From NCBI RefSeq assembly GCF_009834535.1, contig NC_045697.1:100194001-100258000 (forward strand): a stretch of DNA of 64,000 nucleotides. Direction: 5' to 3'. This DNA comes from Camelus ferus (lineage: Eukaryota). This document shows, piece after piece, positions 1 to 11,996 of this stretch. Below the pieces are notes generated by a model. The model was not told the DNA's origin and did no database searches. It worked only from the letters and a program-made list of their open reading frames with translations. The translations under genes and the position numbers were made by a program. Every line of letters begins with the position of its first letter. Position 1 is the first letter of the stretch.

Positions 1-109
1 ACATGTGGCCCTAGGAATCTTTCTGACAGCTTCTGAGGTGGCTGCTTCTGGAGACCTGCCAGGACATCGCCTGCACACCAGCTCCGAGGCTCCCCGGCCC
101 TGGGCAGCC

Positions 110-127
110 GGGAGGGGTGGGGTGGGG
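110..127 (+). other. G-quadruplex-forming motif / CACCC-box cluster
   Basis: GGG-A-GGGG-T-GGGG-T-GGGG: four G-tracts with 1-nt loops, plus a spare GGG at 102-104. Confidence 0.6.
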
Positions 128-1474
128 CTGCTGACCCTCACCTGACTGGCGCTGGGCCAACCTGGCTGAGAAGCCACAAGAATTCAATTTCTCTGCCCTG
201 AAATGTAATTATTGGTTATTGTCAAGGAAGTGAATCAGCTCTCCCTCCCTTTCTCCTTTTGCTTTGCAGTATTACAGTATTTTGAGTTTGTGTGCATGTG
301 TGTGCGGTCTCAGCAAAATGCACATACTCACACAAAAAATGAAACTGTACATACACATATATGTGTGTGTTGTAGCTTTTTCTTTTTATATGTAAAAGAT
401 GCTCTAACTTCTTTACTAAAGAAAACAACTCAAAACTGCTTGTGACAGACACACCGATGATATATTTAAAGGAAATTGTGTGGGGACATGTGGTTTTTGT
501 CTGCAGACAACTCATGGCAACGTCTAACTGAGGCACTACTCCCCGCTAAGCACTGGAGGAGACACTTCTGAAAAAAAAAAAACCACCATCTTTTAAGAGA
601 AACAGTTCTTGCCGTGTAGGGTATACTAAAGTCACATTTCAAACATTTCTAAGAATGTATGAAAAAGAGCATGATGTCATCAGAATTTCTGGTCCTTTTT
701 CATTTACTGAGAATCCTCAGGAGTCTGAGATAAGACCAAGCCGTGGCAGCTGCAGTGAATCCAAGGAGCTGTCAATCAGACACACAGAGAACACAGGCGT
801 GTCCAGCATGTACAGAAGCAAATAACCGGGACAAAAGAGAACCTGGATGTGCTTTCCAAGTGGGAGCAAAGTTGATTTTTTCCCAATAAATTTAAAGATG
901 TTAAGAAGTGAGAGCTTCTGATAGCATATATGCTTTGGTGAGATAAACAAACAAAAGACACGCTTAAAAAGAATATCATTTCAGAAGGAGAATATGTCTT
1001 GAATCCTCAAAGACAAACCTGGTGAGAATGGTTTCTAGAAGCCGTGGGAATGATGTGGGAGAAAGAAGGGGAATCTACAACATTCGCTGGAGCTCTGTCC
1101 TCCTTCCTCCTGAAGACGTCCTTTATAAATGCCTCTTGTTCATCATCTTCTTGCTTTCTTAGCTCCGTTCCTTCCCACCAAGCTGGACCTCCAGCTCACT
1201 CCAGGGACACAGTAGGCTCGTCCTCACAGTGTCCCATCAAATGCTGCTTCTCCCTCCCCCTTAGATCCCTAGAACCCAGGGCCGCCCTTCTACTCCCAGA
1301 CAGGCCTGTTGCTCCCACTTTTCTCCTCCTAGCTGAAGGTCTAGCTTTGTATCTCTTGTAAAACTTGCTTCTGCACCTCCTGCTTTCTTGGGGGACTTGG
1401 TCAAACTCCCTTTGGCACTTGACATCATTTGAACTCCCTTGACTCTAGGCTCATTTAAATGTTTAATTTGATTT

Positions 1475-1727
1475 GGAGTAGTGCTTAAGCACTTGGTCTC
1501 TGATGATGGACTTTTGGGCTTGGAATCTGAGCTCCAACATTCTCACGAGCTGTGCAACTTTAGGCAAGCTACCGAACTTCTCTGTGCCTCATATTCCTCA
1601 TCGTAATAGGGAGCAAAACATCACCTAACTCGTAAGGTTGTTGTGAGGAATAAATGAGTTAATAAATAAAAAGTACTTAGAACAGAACCAGCCAGACAGT
1701 AGATACTGAGTAGTTATTAGCTGTTAT
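1475..1727 (+). mobile_element. MIR SINE, near full length
   Basis: Core motifs ggcaag..aacttctctgtgcctca..ttcctcat and gttgttgtgaggaataaatgagttaata..aaagtacttagaacag resemble the MIR consensus. Confidence 0.85.
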
Positions 1728-1904
1728 GTTGGCATCAACAAGATCTTCAATTACGAGGCATTCTGCCCACCATTTTCTGCCTCTAAACTTTGGCTGGCTG
1801 GTCCAGCCCCTGATATCTTACCATCTCCACCACCAAAAGACTCCCATCTTCAATTGCCAACATGCTGCCCAGAAGTGGGAAAGGTAAGAACGGGAACTGA
1901 TGGG

Positions 1905-2495
1905 AGGTGATACTAACAGAGTGCCGGCCACGTGCCAGGCCTGGACCAGGTGCATTCACACGCCTCACTTCACATGATTTCTGTAAGTCCTAGGAACTCA
2001 CGTGCAACCACTGGCCCCTCTCTGAATCCTGACTGAAAATAAATCACCTGTAAAAAGACATCTTTGAGACAACTGGGTCAATCAGAGTAGAGATTTCCCA
2101 GAGTACAGTGTCAGAGGCTACTAAGGAATGTTTTAAATTTTGTTAAGTGGGATAATGTCACAGTGGCTGCATATGTCTTAAAACACGCTTCTCACCCAGA
2201 GATCCGTACTGAAGTAATGACGCGATGACTGGGATGGACTGTAAAATATTCCTCCCCATAAATTACGTGGTGGACAGATGATTCAATACTGGTACCATTT
2301 TGATAATTTTTGAAACTGTATGATGGGAACATGGGATACTATTCTCTCAATATCTGTCATATGTTTGCAAACTTCCACAATGAGAAGTTTTTTAAAGAAG
2401 GCATCTCATTTACAAATGAGGAAACTGGCCCTGACAGGTTGAGTAACTTGCCTAAAGTCACAAAGCCGGTATTCAACGGTCTCTTGAGTTGATGC
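1905..2495 (-). mobile_element. MIR (minus) split by an L1ME/MD-type 3' fragment
   Basis: Left part cacgtgccaggc..tgcattcaca (about 1905-1995). Right part catttacaaatgaggaaactg..aggttgagtaacttgcctaaagtcaca (about 2400-2490). Confidence 0.65.
2005..2396 (+). mobile_element. Old L1 (L1ME/L1MD-like) 3' UTR fragment
   Basis: tgtaaaaagacatctttgagacaactggg, ttgataatttttgaaactg..tgatggg.acatggg, atgtttgcaaacttccacaat: typical old L1M 3' end. Confidence 0.65.
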
Positions 2496-3329
2496 CAATT
2501 GTACTCCTAAGAGTGGCTCTTCTAAGCTTCCTTCTTGGCTGTCACCTTTACATCAGAATTTCTCTATCAACAAGCATTTGCTCTTTTTTCACTCAGGGCT
2601 CTAAGGAAGTTTTCCTTTTCCCCAATGCAACCTTTCTCCAATCCTCAGCCAGTAGAGAAACAACTGAATTCTTAATTCCCCTCTTCTGACTTTCAAAGCT
2701 GGTAACATGATGCCTCCGCTGGTCCCCCCACCTTCTCTGGAGATTTCCCTGTTACAAAACTACCTTCTGATCATGCTCTCATCCCTTTGGTTTATTGCTT
2801 CCTGCTTGTATTCTTCCCTGACAACATCCCTGACACTTGCTGTTTGCCCAGATCTTGACAACAATGTGTTTCCTGTCCCCATCACTCAAAACAATGGACT
2901 CCTCAAAGGCGACAGCACAACCTAATTTCAGAACCATTTGGACACTTCAATCTTGCTTCGTTAACATCGCTGCAGCTGGCTGACAATCTACTTCTGCATA
3001 AAACTCCCTTCGTGGTGTGCTTCCTGTTCATGAGCTGGGTGGGTTCTCCTCCCCATCTCTGATGGCTCCCCTGAATTTCCTGCACCCAGTACATTGAGCA
3101 GTTCTTCCAGGTTCTGTGTTGAGCCCAGATCTGTTCCTTTTGACAACCTCCTCCACTGCCAATGCCTCAACATCCCCTTGAGGTGAGTCTAGCATCTCTA
3201 TCCCACTTCCAGTCTTTTCCTGACGATCACAAAATCTCATGGGTGAAAGAAATCTTAGAAATCATCGTGTTGATCTCTTTATCTCATGTGTAGGATACAA
3301 CGGAGACCACATCAACCCATGCCAACACA

Positions 3330-3560
3330 CTCTGTAACTGTCAAGTACCATCAAATAATCCTGCCTCCCAATTACTTGCTGGATGGCTCCACGTGATTGT
3401 TATTCAAGTCCCTTGGACTTAAATGCCCCAAGCGTGTACCATCTTTCTCAGAAATCAGCTTCTTTTCCTAACATTCTTACTTCCGTGAGGAGCATTTTTA
3501 TTGTTATTATTTCTGTTACAGGCTTAAGATCTTGGGATCATCTTAGACCTTCTTTCTTCA
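3330..3560 (+). mobile_element. L2 LINE fragment
   Basis: Degenerate L2 text (cttgctggatggctcc..; atcttgggatcatcttagaccttctttct). Confidence 0.5.
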
Positions 3561-3569
3561 ACTAAAGAA

Positions 3570-4195
3570 TGTATTTTTCAGAGCAATTTTAAGTTCACAG
3601 CAAAACCGAGCAGCAAGTACAGTGTTTCCACATGCCTCTCTCCACCCCTCCAGCCTCCTCCACCACCAACATCCCTCGCCCCAGTGGTGCGTTTGTTACA
3701 ATCAATAAGCCTACACTGAAACACCACCCTCACTCAAAGTCCACAGTTTATATTAGGATTCATTCTCTGTGCTGCCCATTCCATGGGTTCTGACATGCAT
3801 ATAAATGACACGCTTCAACCATTATAGTATCATACAGATATTAAAAACCCTCTGTGTTCACTTGTTCATCTCTCCATCCCCCCTAAGACCTTGGCAATCT
3901 CTGGTCTCTTTATTGTCTCCATAGTTTTTTGCCTTTTCCAGCACGTCATACAGTTGGAATCATACAGTATGTCACCTGTTCAGGTTGCCTTCTTTCCCTT
4001 AGTAATATGCATTTAAAGTTCCTCTATGCCTTCTCCTGGCTTGGTAGTTCATTTCTTGTTAGTGCTGAATAATATCCCATTGTCCTGCTGTGCCACAGTT
4101 TATTTATCCATTCACTGACCGGAGGACATCATGATTGCTTCCAAGCTTTATTACAAATAAAGCTCCTATAAAGATATGTGTGCAGGTTTTACACT
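3570..4195 (-). mobile_element. L1MC-type 3' end
   Basis: tttttcagagcaattttaagttcacagcaaaa.., cagtggtgcgtttgttacaatcaat, ttggaatcatacagtatgt, tgctgaataatatcccattgt: antisense L1MC 3' UTR. Confidence 0.85.
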
Positions 4196-4289
4196 CTTTG
4201 TTTTCATCCTCTATAAACCTCCAATAATAAATCCAATATAATAATACATAGCCTTTAATAATAAAACTCCAATAATAAAAAATTATATG

Positions 4290-4935
4290 CTGCTTAAGGT
4301 TTATAAACACTTAACCTATGACATTTCGTTTGATGCAGATATTATAATTTTTTAACTCCCAACAGAAAACAGGAGGGAAGGTGAGAAGCACTCATCCAAG
4401 GTCACACAGCATGAAGGTGGGTGTGCACAGACCTGAGTGCAGGCTTTTCTCCTTTAAATGTCAGTCTAGTCCCTCGAGGTTGCCAAGTCCTAATATTCTG
4501 TGTCTTGAATCCCCCTTTTCCTTCTCATGTCTGTTGTCACCACTGCAGTTCGGAAGGGACGTCTTCATGTTTTGCACATACTGTCACGATGCTCGTTTAT
4601 TCGGTTACACTTCTCCTGGTCCACCAGAACCCCTGTCCACTTCACTGCCTTGACCACATCATCCAGGGTCTAAATACCATAGCATCTCCTCCCTGCTTGT
4701 GAAACCTCAGTGTCTCTTGTTTCCCTGCTGAATAAAGTCCAAATATCTCACCCTGGTCCTCGGAGCCCTCCAGCCTGGGTGCCTGTGCCTCTCTCTGTCC
4801 CCCCCCCGTACATTTTCTTTATCATTAACAGGCAAAGCAATACCCCCGGCCTTATCCGACTTCCTCTAAGTCTGTGCGACTCTAGTAAGCCTTCTGCCAC
4901 GCATGCCCTCCACGTCACCTTCACTGGCTAGTTCT
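4290..4935. mobile_element. MIR (minus, about 4290-4480) followed by L2 fragment (plus)
   Basis: gaaaacaggagggaaggtgagaag..tccaaggtcacacagc (MIR); cctgctgaataaagtccaaa.. and cttcactggctagttct (L2). Confidence 0.5.
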
Positions 4936-5049
4936 AGCACACGGTTTCCAGATTCAGGCAGCATGGAGAGGAGTGGCTGGAAAGAGTTTCCAGCTGTCAA
5001 CTCTCTGCCAGAGTCCTCACAAAAAGGACTGGCAGAGAAGATGCCACAA

Positions 5050-5298
5050 GTCACTTCCCCAGCATTCTGCAGTTGTAGTCATGCATAAATTAAAAAAAAA
5101 AAAAGGAGGGAAAATAAAATCACCACAAAAACTACTGACCCTGTATTTTCTGACTCAAAGAAAGACAAGTGGAAAGGGTCATAATTATACTGAAATATGG
5201 CGCAGGTCTTTTTCCAAGGGGTCGTCCCCGTTATACAACACTGCTGGGTTTTTTCCTGTTTATCTGTAGTCACCAAAAAATCCTTTAAAGGCAACCTG

Positions 5299-5337
<39 letters not shown>

Positions 5338-5600
5338 TATGAAAAAAGGAACTTTACCCAAAGAATGTTAGGAGAAATCCACTGCAATAAATAGTGTGAG
5401 TTCAGGATTTCCTGGAACATAACTTCTGGTTCTGTACAGACCACATCAACATTTTAATCTGGTTTACAAAAAGATGCAAACTCTTGGATCTCATAATGTA
5501 AATAAAATCAATGGTCTAGAACGAAAAGGTCCATGTCAAATGCAAAATACCTTATAATCACCAAGAAAATGATTTTAGGTAATTGTGGTGACACCTCTCT
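5050..5600. promoter_or_regulatory. Candidate enhancer (ETS, RUNX, AP-1, GATA, FOX:ETS, STAT motifs)
   Basis: CACTTCCCC near 5052, ACCACA 5122, TGACTCA 5151, TTTCCTGTTTATCT 5252-5265, TTCCTGGAA 5409-5417 and TGTGGT near 5584, all in non-repeat sequence. Confidence 0.4.
5304..5334 (+). repeat. (A)31 homopolymer
   Basis: Directly visible. Confidence 0.95.
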
Positions 5601-6594
5601 AGTTCTGTGTAATTAATTTAAAATTCTTTTCTCTAGGTATGAAAAAAGATTTTTTTTTTGAAGTATCACTGTCATGCTTGGTAAGAGTCATTGAAAGACT
5701 ATATTTAGTTCTTATTAGATGAGAAAATCAACAATCAGATCGCTTTCATTTTAGTGGAAATTTTACCATAAAAAAGTCTCAGGACGAGAGTGTTTTAAAG
5801 TGATTTCTCAAGTGAACTGTGCTCAGGTATAGAAATATGTGCTAAATTTTCATAATCATTATCATCACCTCTCCCATCCCTCAACGTCAAATTCCCCAGC
5901 ATATGTTGAAGAACTCAACGGAGATTTAAATATCTACCATCTGGAAATGCATATGAAAACCTTTTCATATTTCCCAGCCTGGTAAGAGCAAATGTCTCTT
6001 TCACACGTCTTTAAAACTAACCAATTCAAATGGATTTCTGAACAACAGGCATTTAAAGCACAGAAGGTCCCAGCAGCAAGGTTATTTCCTTGGTCCTCTG
6101 ATGGACCCTCTCAAGATGATAAAGAAGAGAGCTTTAAATGCATAAACTGACTGGATTAGCAGTTTATGGTTAGATTCTAAATTCAGTTTATAAGTCAAAA
6201 TTAGCCTGGCAAACTCCTTGAATCACCCATAAAGTACGATATAAATGTTGGTTTGTGTTTACTGCACCACCTGCTTGGTGATTTTATCACTTCCTTTAAC
6301 TTTTTGATAGTCACTGCTTCTGTAGACTCGCCATTACTCAGCTGATGCACCCACAAAGTACTCTCCTCTCAGTTCTTTGGCCACTGGAGATTTTGGGGAG
6401 GGGCATGTTGGTTTGTTTCCATTTTATTTTGTTTTATTGGTCAATGGCAAGAAAAAAATCCTTAAACTCTTTCACACATATATTTTGTTGGTTTCTCTAA
6501 CTGTGTCAGGCTTGACAGGTCCATGGTTTATGGTGCGCTTTTGCTGATTCTGTTCAGTAGGGATATTTTGAAAGATATTTTTCTTGCCCCCCTG

Positions 6595-6612
6595 CCCCCC
6601 CCCCCCCCCCCC
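6595..6612 (+). repeat. (C)18 homopolymer
   Basis: Directly visible; G-run on the minus strand. Confidence 0.9.
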
Positions 6613-8924
6613 GCAGTAAGCCAGAGTTTCATTTGGGTAATTTACATGCACATGTGCTATAACTCCATATTTTCAGGTAAAGCCACTATAAAAGGCAGTG
6701 CGTGCTAAGCCAGCACTTTAGGCTGAGGAGTGAGTGGGCTGGATTCCATCCTAGTCCCTGTGATCCAAGGCTTGTGCCCATGGTGCAGGGACCTGCTCAT
6801 GGAATTTTTCGAATTTTCTCAGAGTCAACTTCCCAAGTGCCCTGGCTCTCGAAAATGCCCATTCTTCGTTTATTCTGTTTGAAATGCTTCTTCTACTGCC
6901 CAGGGGACTAAGAGGTAATTCTCAACACGAGACTACAGCAACCTCTATGAACCACGGCCAGCTACACAGTTCCCACCTACTCAGCTCTGCGGGCCAATTA
7001 GAGTCATTTCATGATGTGGTTTTTTTCTTTTTTTTCTTTTTGTTTAAGACACTCTTCATGATCTAAGCTGTTTCATTTGATTACATGATTGAGTAAGATC
7101 CATGCAGGGTTGAGGATGAGATCCTGGCTAAACTGGACCCTGCACACTGGCCAAGAAAAACCACTGTGGCTAAGCTGCACTGAACAGGTAAAATATTTTC
7201 CCTCTTTTTTTTTTGGCTGCACACTCCAGCAAAGCATAGCAACTTGCCCACAAACACTACTGAGTCGCATCAGAAATCTAAGGGATCAAGAGGTAATGGA
7301 AGAAAAGAGGCACCATCACAAAACCTGGCTTCCCACTTGACTTCTGGGACCATTTTTCCCGCTGGCTAACAAATAGAGGTAAGTGGGCGATTCCTTGCCT
7401 GCAGACTGGAACCCTAGACATATGGATGAAATCAGGACATCTGATAAAAGTTACAGATAACTCCACTTCAAAGGTGGCTGTGCTTCCCATTTCCAAAAGC
7501 TTTTATCATTTGGTCCATATGCCTGTCTCCCCAACACAGGGCCTTGGGGGAACAGATGTGTCCCGTTGTTCCAGGTAAAAGCCCAACATGTGGGAACCAG
7601 GCTATCAGTAACACCCCATGCCAAAGGCCAGCTGTCTCTGGTGCCCCACACGCATACCCCATGCATGGGAGAAACTGTAAATGAAATAGACTCTGGGGCA
7701 GTAGGACTCAAAAAGGAAGACATGAACCCTAGCCGAGCCACGCAGCTTGCTAACTGCTCCTGCAACCAGTGGACAGAGGAAAGGGTACTGGAACTCACGC
7801 TGCATTCATTAGAGCAGAGTCCTGGGACCACAGCTGCGGCGACTTACAACATCTGGAGGCCCAGCAAATGTCCTAAGACATGAGGGCCAATGTAAGAGAA
7901 TAAGGGGTGACGAGAAAGAAATCTCTCTTTACACAGGCAAAAATGGTCACTGGGGACAGACAGCTGGTGCACAGTTTTGAAGCAAGGCTCATGATCTCTT
8001 GGCACCAGGGTGTGTTCTGCAGGCTGGTGGAACAACAGCTCTCTGGAAGTTTCGAATCTTTTAGATTATGATCCTCTTATATGATTTTACTAACCCCGTC
8101 TCCCTCAGGAAAAGAACATACAGACTTTGTTAGAGGGGCTATTGTGCAACGTATAGACCGATGAAGGCAAAATAAGGCAAAACACCTTTAAAAAGTCACA
8201 TTACTGGCTTAATGGCTGTGCACAGATGGGAGTGAGGTGGTACCTTTGTAAACTTTTTGTTTGGTTGTCTGATGTTGCCAGTTATAGTTTGTTTCTCAAC
8301 GTAAAGGCAAAATACCATTCAGTGACCAAGCAAATTTAAAAATATCCTGGTAAGAAACAAATCCTTTGGACATATGACATTTTCTACATTCCAGCACCAT
8401 CTTTATCATTCTGTACACTCAACCAGTGGATGAAAGCTGATCCAGGGAAGCAGATTGGCTAAAATGTTGGAGAAAAATACAGTATCAAGTTGAGAAAGTT
8501 TTTTTTTTTTACTACATTTTTGAGATTCCTTGGGTGCTTTTCAGTATATAATATATTTTTCTACGTCACCTAAACAAAGTGTCACAAAAACATGGAAGAC
8601 TATTATCAAAGATAGGTGTGTGGTTCTACTCAAATGATCATCAAAAGCATTTATCTAAACTCATTTCTCCTAACTGCTTTCCATCTAAATTTGCCACGTG
8701 GAGGAAACTAAATTCTATTCTCGCACGTCACACTGGATGCATGAATCTGATCCACAGGAAATCCAGTATGGGAAGTGTTTGTAGACATTGTGGGTCTCAT
8801 TGCACAACAAGTTTAGGAATAAGGAGAGACAAGGTGAGTGTATTAAGTACCTTCTTTTATTCAGTCCAAGTTTATTGTGTACCTACAGTGCACCCTAGTA
8901 CTGGCCAAGGGACACCAGAAACAA

Positions 8925-9172
8925 AATTTAAATTTTTCGAGGAGCCACATTAAAAAAAGGTGAAATTTAATTTAATATGTTTTACCCAACATATCTAAAA
9001 TATTACTTCAATAGATTATCAGTGAAAAAATCTACTGGAATATTTTACACTTTTTTTTTTCATACTAAGTCTTCAAAATCTAGTTTGGATTTTACACCTT
9101 CAGCTTGTCTCAATTCCCCAGTCACACTTCAAGTGCCCCAGCCATACAGAGCTAACAAGTCAGACAGCAGGT
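8925..9172. mobile_element. MER33-like hAT-Charlie non-autonomous DNA transposon
   Basis: agccacattaaaaaa.gtgaaatt, catactaagtcttcaaaatc..ttttacac..tctcaatt, cacacttcaagtgc match MER33. Confidence 0.8.
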
Positions 9173-9747
9173 CTCCAGACAAACCAAACAATAACAAACC
9201 ACCTCTGTGCTTTCTGGCCTCCCTTACTCTTTTGCTCTGTTCTTTCTGCCAGAAAGTTCTTATTCTTTATACACACATTCATTTACTCATTTAACATGCA
9301 TTAAGCCTCAGTTTATGCCAATATGGCAGAATAGTTAGCTGGTAAACTTATCTCTTATGAAACCCTAGGAAATGCTTGCTAAAATATAACAAATATTCTC
9401 TGAAATGTATAGCTTTGAAATGCAATAGCTAGGATTGTAAGAACATAAGGGAAATTTCCAGGACCAAAAATTAGACAGGGTGGAGGTGGTGGTACCTGAA
9501 CTGCCAATGGATTGGTCCTAGATAACTGAAAAGTTTGGCTTCAATGTAACAAAAAAACGAGGCTTGGAAGATGCTCAAGACGTGAATTGGAGTTGAGATC
9601 CATCTATAGCAATGGGACTACAGAACGCAATGGTAATCCTACAGTAAAACACTGACTCTGGAAAAAAATTCTCCCTCAGTCACAGGAGAAGACAAGAAGC
9701 ATAAATGGGGGGGGGGTGTCCTCCTCTTAAAATTCCTATCTATGTTT

Positions 9748-9990
9748 ATAGAGAACAAACCAGTGGTTACCAGTGGGAAGAGGGAAAGGGCAAGACAGGG
9801 ATGAGGAGTAAGAGGTACAAAGCATTGGGTATAAAATAAATGAACTACAAGGATATATTGTACAGCACAGGGAATAGAACCGATATCTTATAACTACAAA
9901 TGAAGAATAATCTGTAAAAATTTTGAATCACTATGTTGTACACACGAAACTAATATAATACTGTAAATCAACTATACTCAATAAAAAGAA
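9748..9990 (+). mobile_element. Artiodactyl-type L1 3' end
   Basis: gagaacaaaccagtggttaccagtggg..gatatattgtacagcacagggaata..tgtaaatcaactatactcaataaaaa. Confidence 0.85.
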
Positions 9991-10329
9991 GAATCTATAA
10001 AACAATGTTTTTAGGCCAACTTGAATAGAAACCTTTAGGGATACAGATTAAAACAGCCAAATGCTTAACTTATGGAAGTTATATTAATTTAGAAGCACAT
10101 ATAGATCTCAAATAACATTAATAAATCATGATAATTTTGAAAAAATTGGTATCTATGGGTTTCTCCCCACTTAGGCTTATGGTTCAAATTTAAAATAACA
10201 TGTATGTTCCAGGAACTCCCAGAAATACAACTGGGTGCAGAAGCAAACACAGAGTATCTAGAATCAGAAAAAAAAAGATCTATAATTTCATAACCAGATA
10301 AACTATCATTTAAAAATTACATTGAATCC

Positions 10330-10780
10330 AGGGCATTTTTAGGCAAAGAGTTAGAGTTTACCACTAAAAGACCTTGTTAAAAAACAGTATTTAAATACAT
10401 TGTTTAGGAAGAAGGAAACTGAACCCAGAAGAAAAAAGAAAAAGAGATAGAGAAGGAAGAATGAATAACAAAACTGGTAAAAATGGATTTATATACAAGT
10501 AAGCACCAATTGTTTAAAACATATATAATAATAATTACTATAACAACAAAACAATTTATTTGATAATGTAAAAAAAAAAGGACCTAAAAATACAACAATA
10601 AGGGAGAGAGATGACTGGAGTTAAAGTGTTCTAAATTTCTTCTAAGAATAGGATGTTTATTAGCTTTATAATATGTCATATATGCATGAAACATTTTAAG
10701 GGCAAAATAAAAATTGAAAAAATTTTTTTTGTCTTTAAAATGAATAGAGAAGAAACAGGGGCAAACTAAACCCAACCATA
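10330..10780 (+). mobile_element. Highly decayed old L1 internal fragment
   Basis: A-rich; gaagaaggaaactgaacccagaag and tggagttaaagtgttctaa resemble the old L1M inter-ORF region. Confidence 0.4.
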
Positions 10781-11413
10781 ACATTGTATGTCAGGCACTG
10801 TACTAGACACTGGAATCCCTATAATGAATAGAACAATAATCAGGGGGAAAAACACACAGTTGATGAATGAGAAACATAAGTAAATATTCATGATACAGTG
10901 AGAAAAGACACAAAGTGAGAGTCTGTTGGAGGGAGTGATTTATTTTTCATAGACTATTCAGGGAAGAATGAACAAGGAATCCTACGACAGCACAGAAATA
11001 TAACACGAGACACCTGTCAAATGTGCAGTAGTCCCACGTTAGTGGCAATCACATTGGACCACAGGGGTCTACAGAAGCAGCTTCCAACTTGATGTTCTCT
11101 GTATCACTGTGCCCAAGGACACTTAGGTGAGGTATGTGATATATTTTCTGCATTTAACTCAGTTTGGTAAATTCTAGGATGAACAAAATTAAACTGTGTC
11201 TAAGCTGCACAGCTTCTCTGAGCCTTCAATACATGTATCCTCCCAAGAGGGAATACGGTATGCACTGTAATCTTTCACAAATGTATTTGTTCATGTACTA
11301 CTTTTTGTTTACAGTACACCTGATTATGCCTCCCAGAAAAATCTGTTGGGGAATGTCAGTGTGAGAAACTCTGGTTTCAGTCATAGGGAAAACTCAAAGG
11401 GTTTGGCAAGATA

Positions 11414-11996
11414 TCTGGCCACAATGGCATGAAACTCGAAATCAACCACAGAAAGACAAATGAGAAAAAAGCAACTGCATGGAGACTAAACAACATGCTT
11501 CTAAAACACCAATGATGAAATCAAAGGAAACTGAAAAATATCTTGAGACAAATGGCAATGAAAACACAACCACACAAAATCTACGGGATGTAGCAAAAGC
11601 AGTCCTAAGAGGGTAGTTCATAGCAATACAGACCTTCCTCAAAAAACAAGAAAAATCTCAAATAAACAACTTAACCTACCACCTATAAGAACTAGAAAAA
11701 GAAAAACAAAATCCCAAGTCAGCAGAAATAAAGAAATCATAAGGATCAGAGAGGAAATAAATAAGAGATTAAAAAACAATAGAAAAAGATCAATAAAACC
11801 AAGAGCTGATGTTTTGAAAGAGTGAACAAAATCAACAAGACTTTGGCCAGGCTCACTAAAAAGAAAAGAGAGAGGACCCAAACAAACAAAATTAGAAATG
11901 AAAGAGAAAGAATAACAACTGATACCACAGATACACAAAAAACCGTAAGAAAATGCTATGAACAATTATATGCCAACAAATTGGACAACCTAGAAG
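11414..11996 (+). mobile_element. L1 ORF2 internal fragment (end of endonuclease plus downstream linker), disrupted
   Basis: Translates to HNGMKLEINH..WRLNNMLL..AKAVLRG*FIAIQ.. and INKTLARLTKKKRERTQTNKIRNE..YEQLYANKLDNLE, with frameshifts and a stop; no 3' UTR or polyA. Confidence 0.95.

Noticed and set aside
5910..5991. Plus-strand candidate exon YVEELNGDLNIYHLEMHMKTFSYFPA with gtaaga donor
   Set aside because: Weak acceptor, no recognisable protein and no partner exons.
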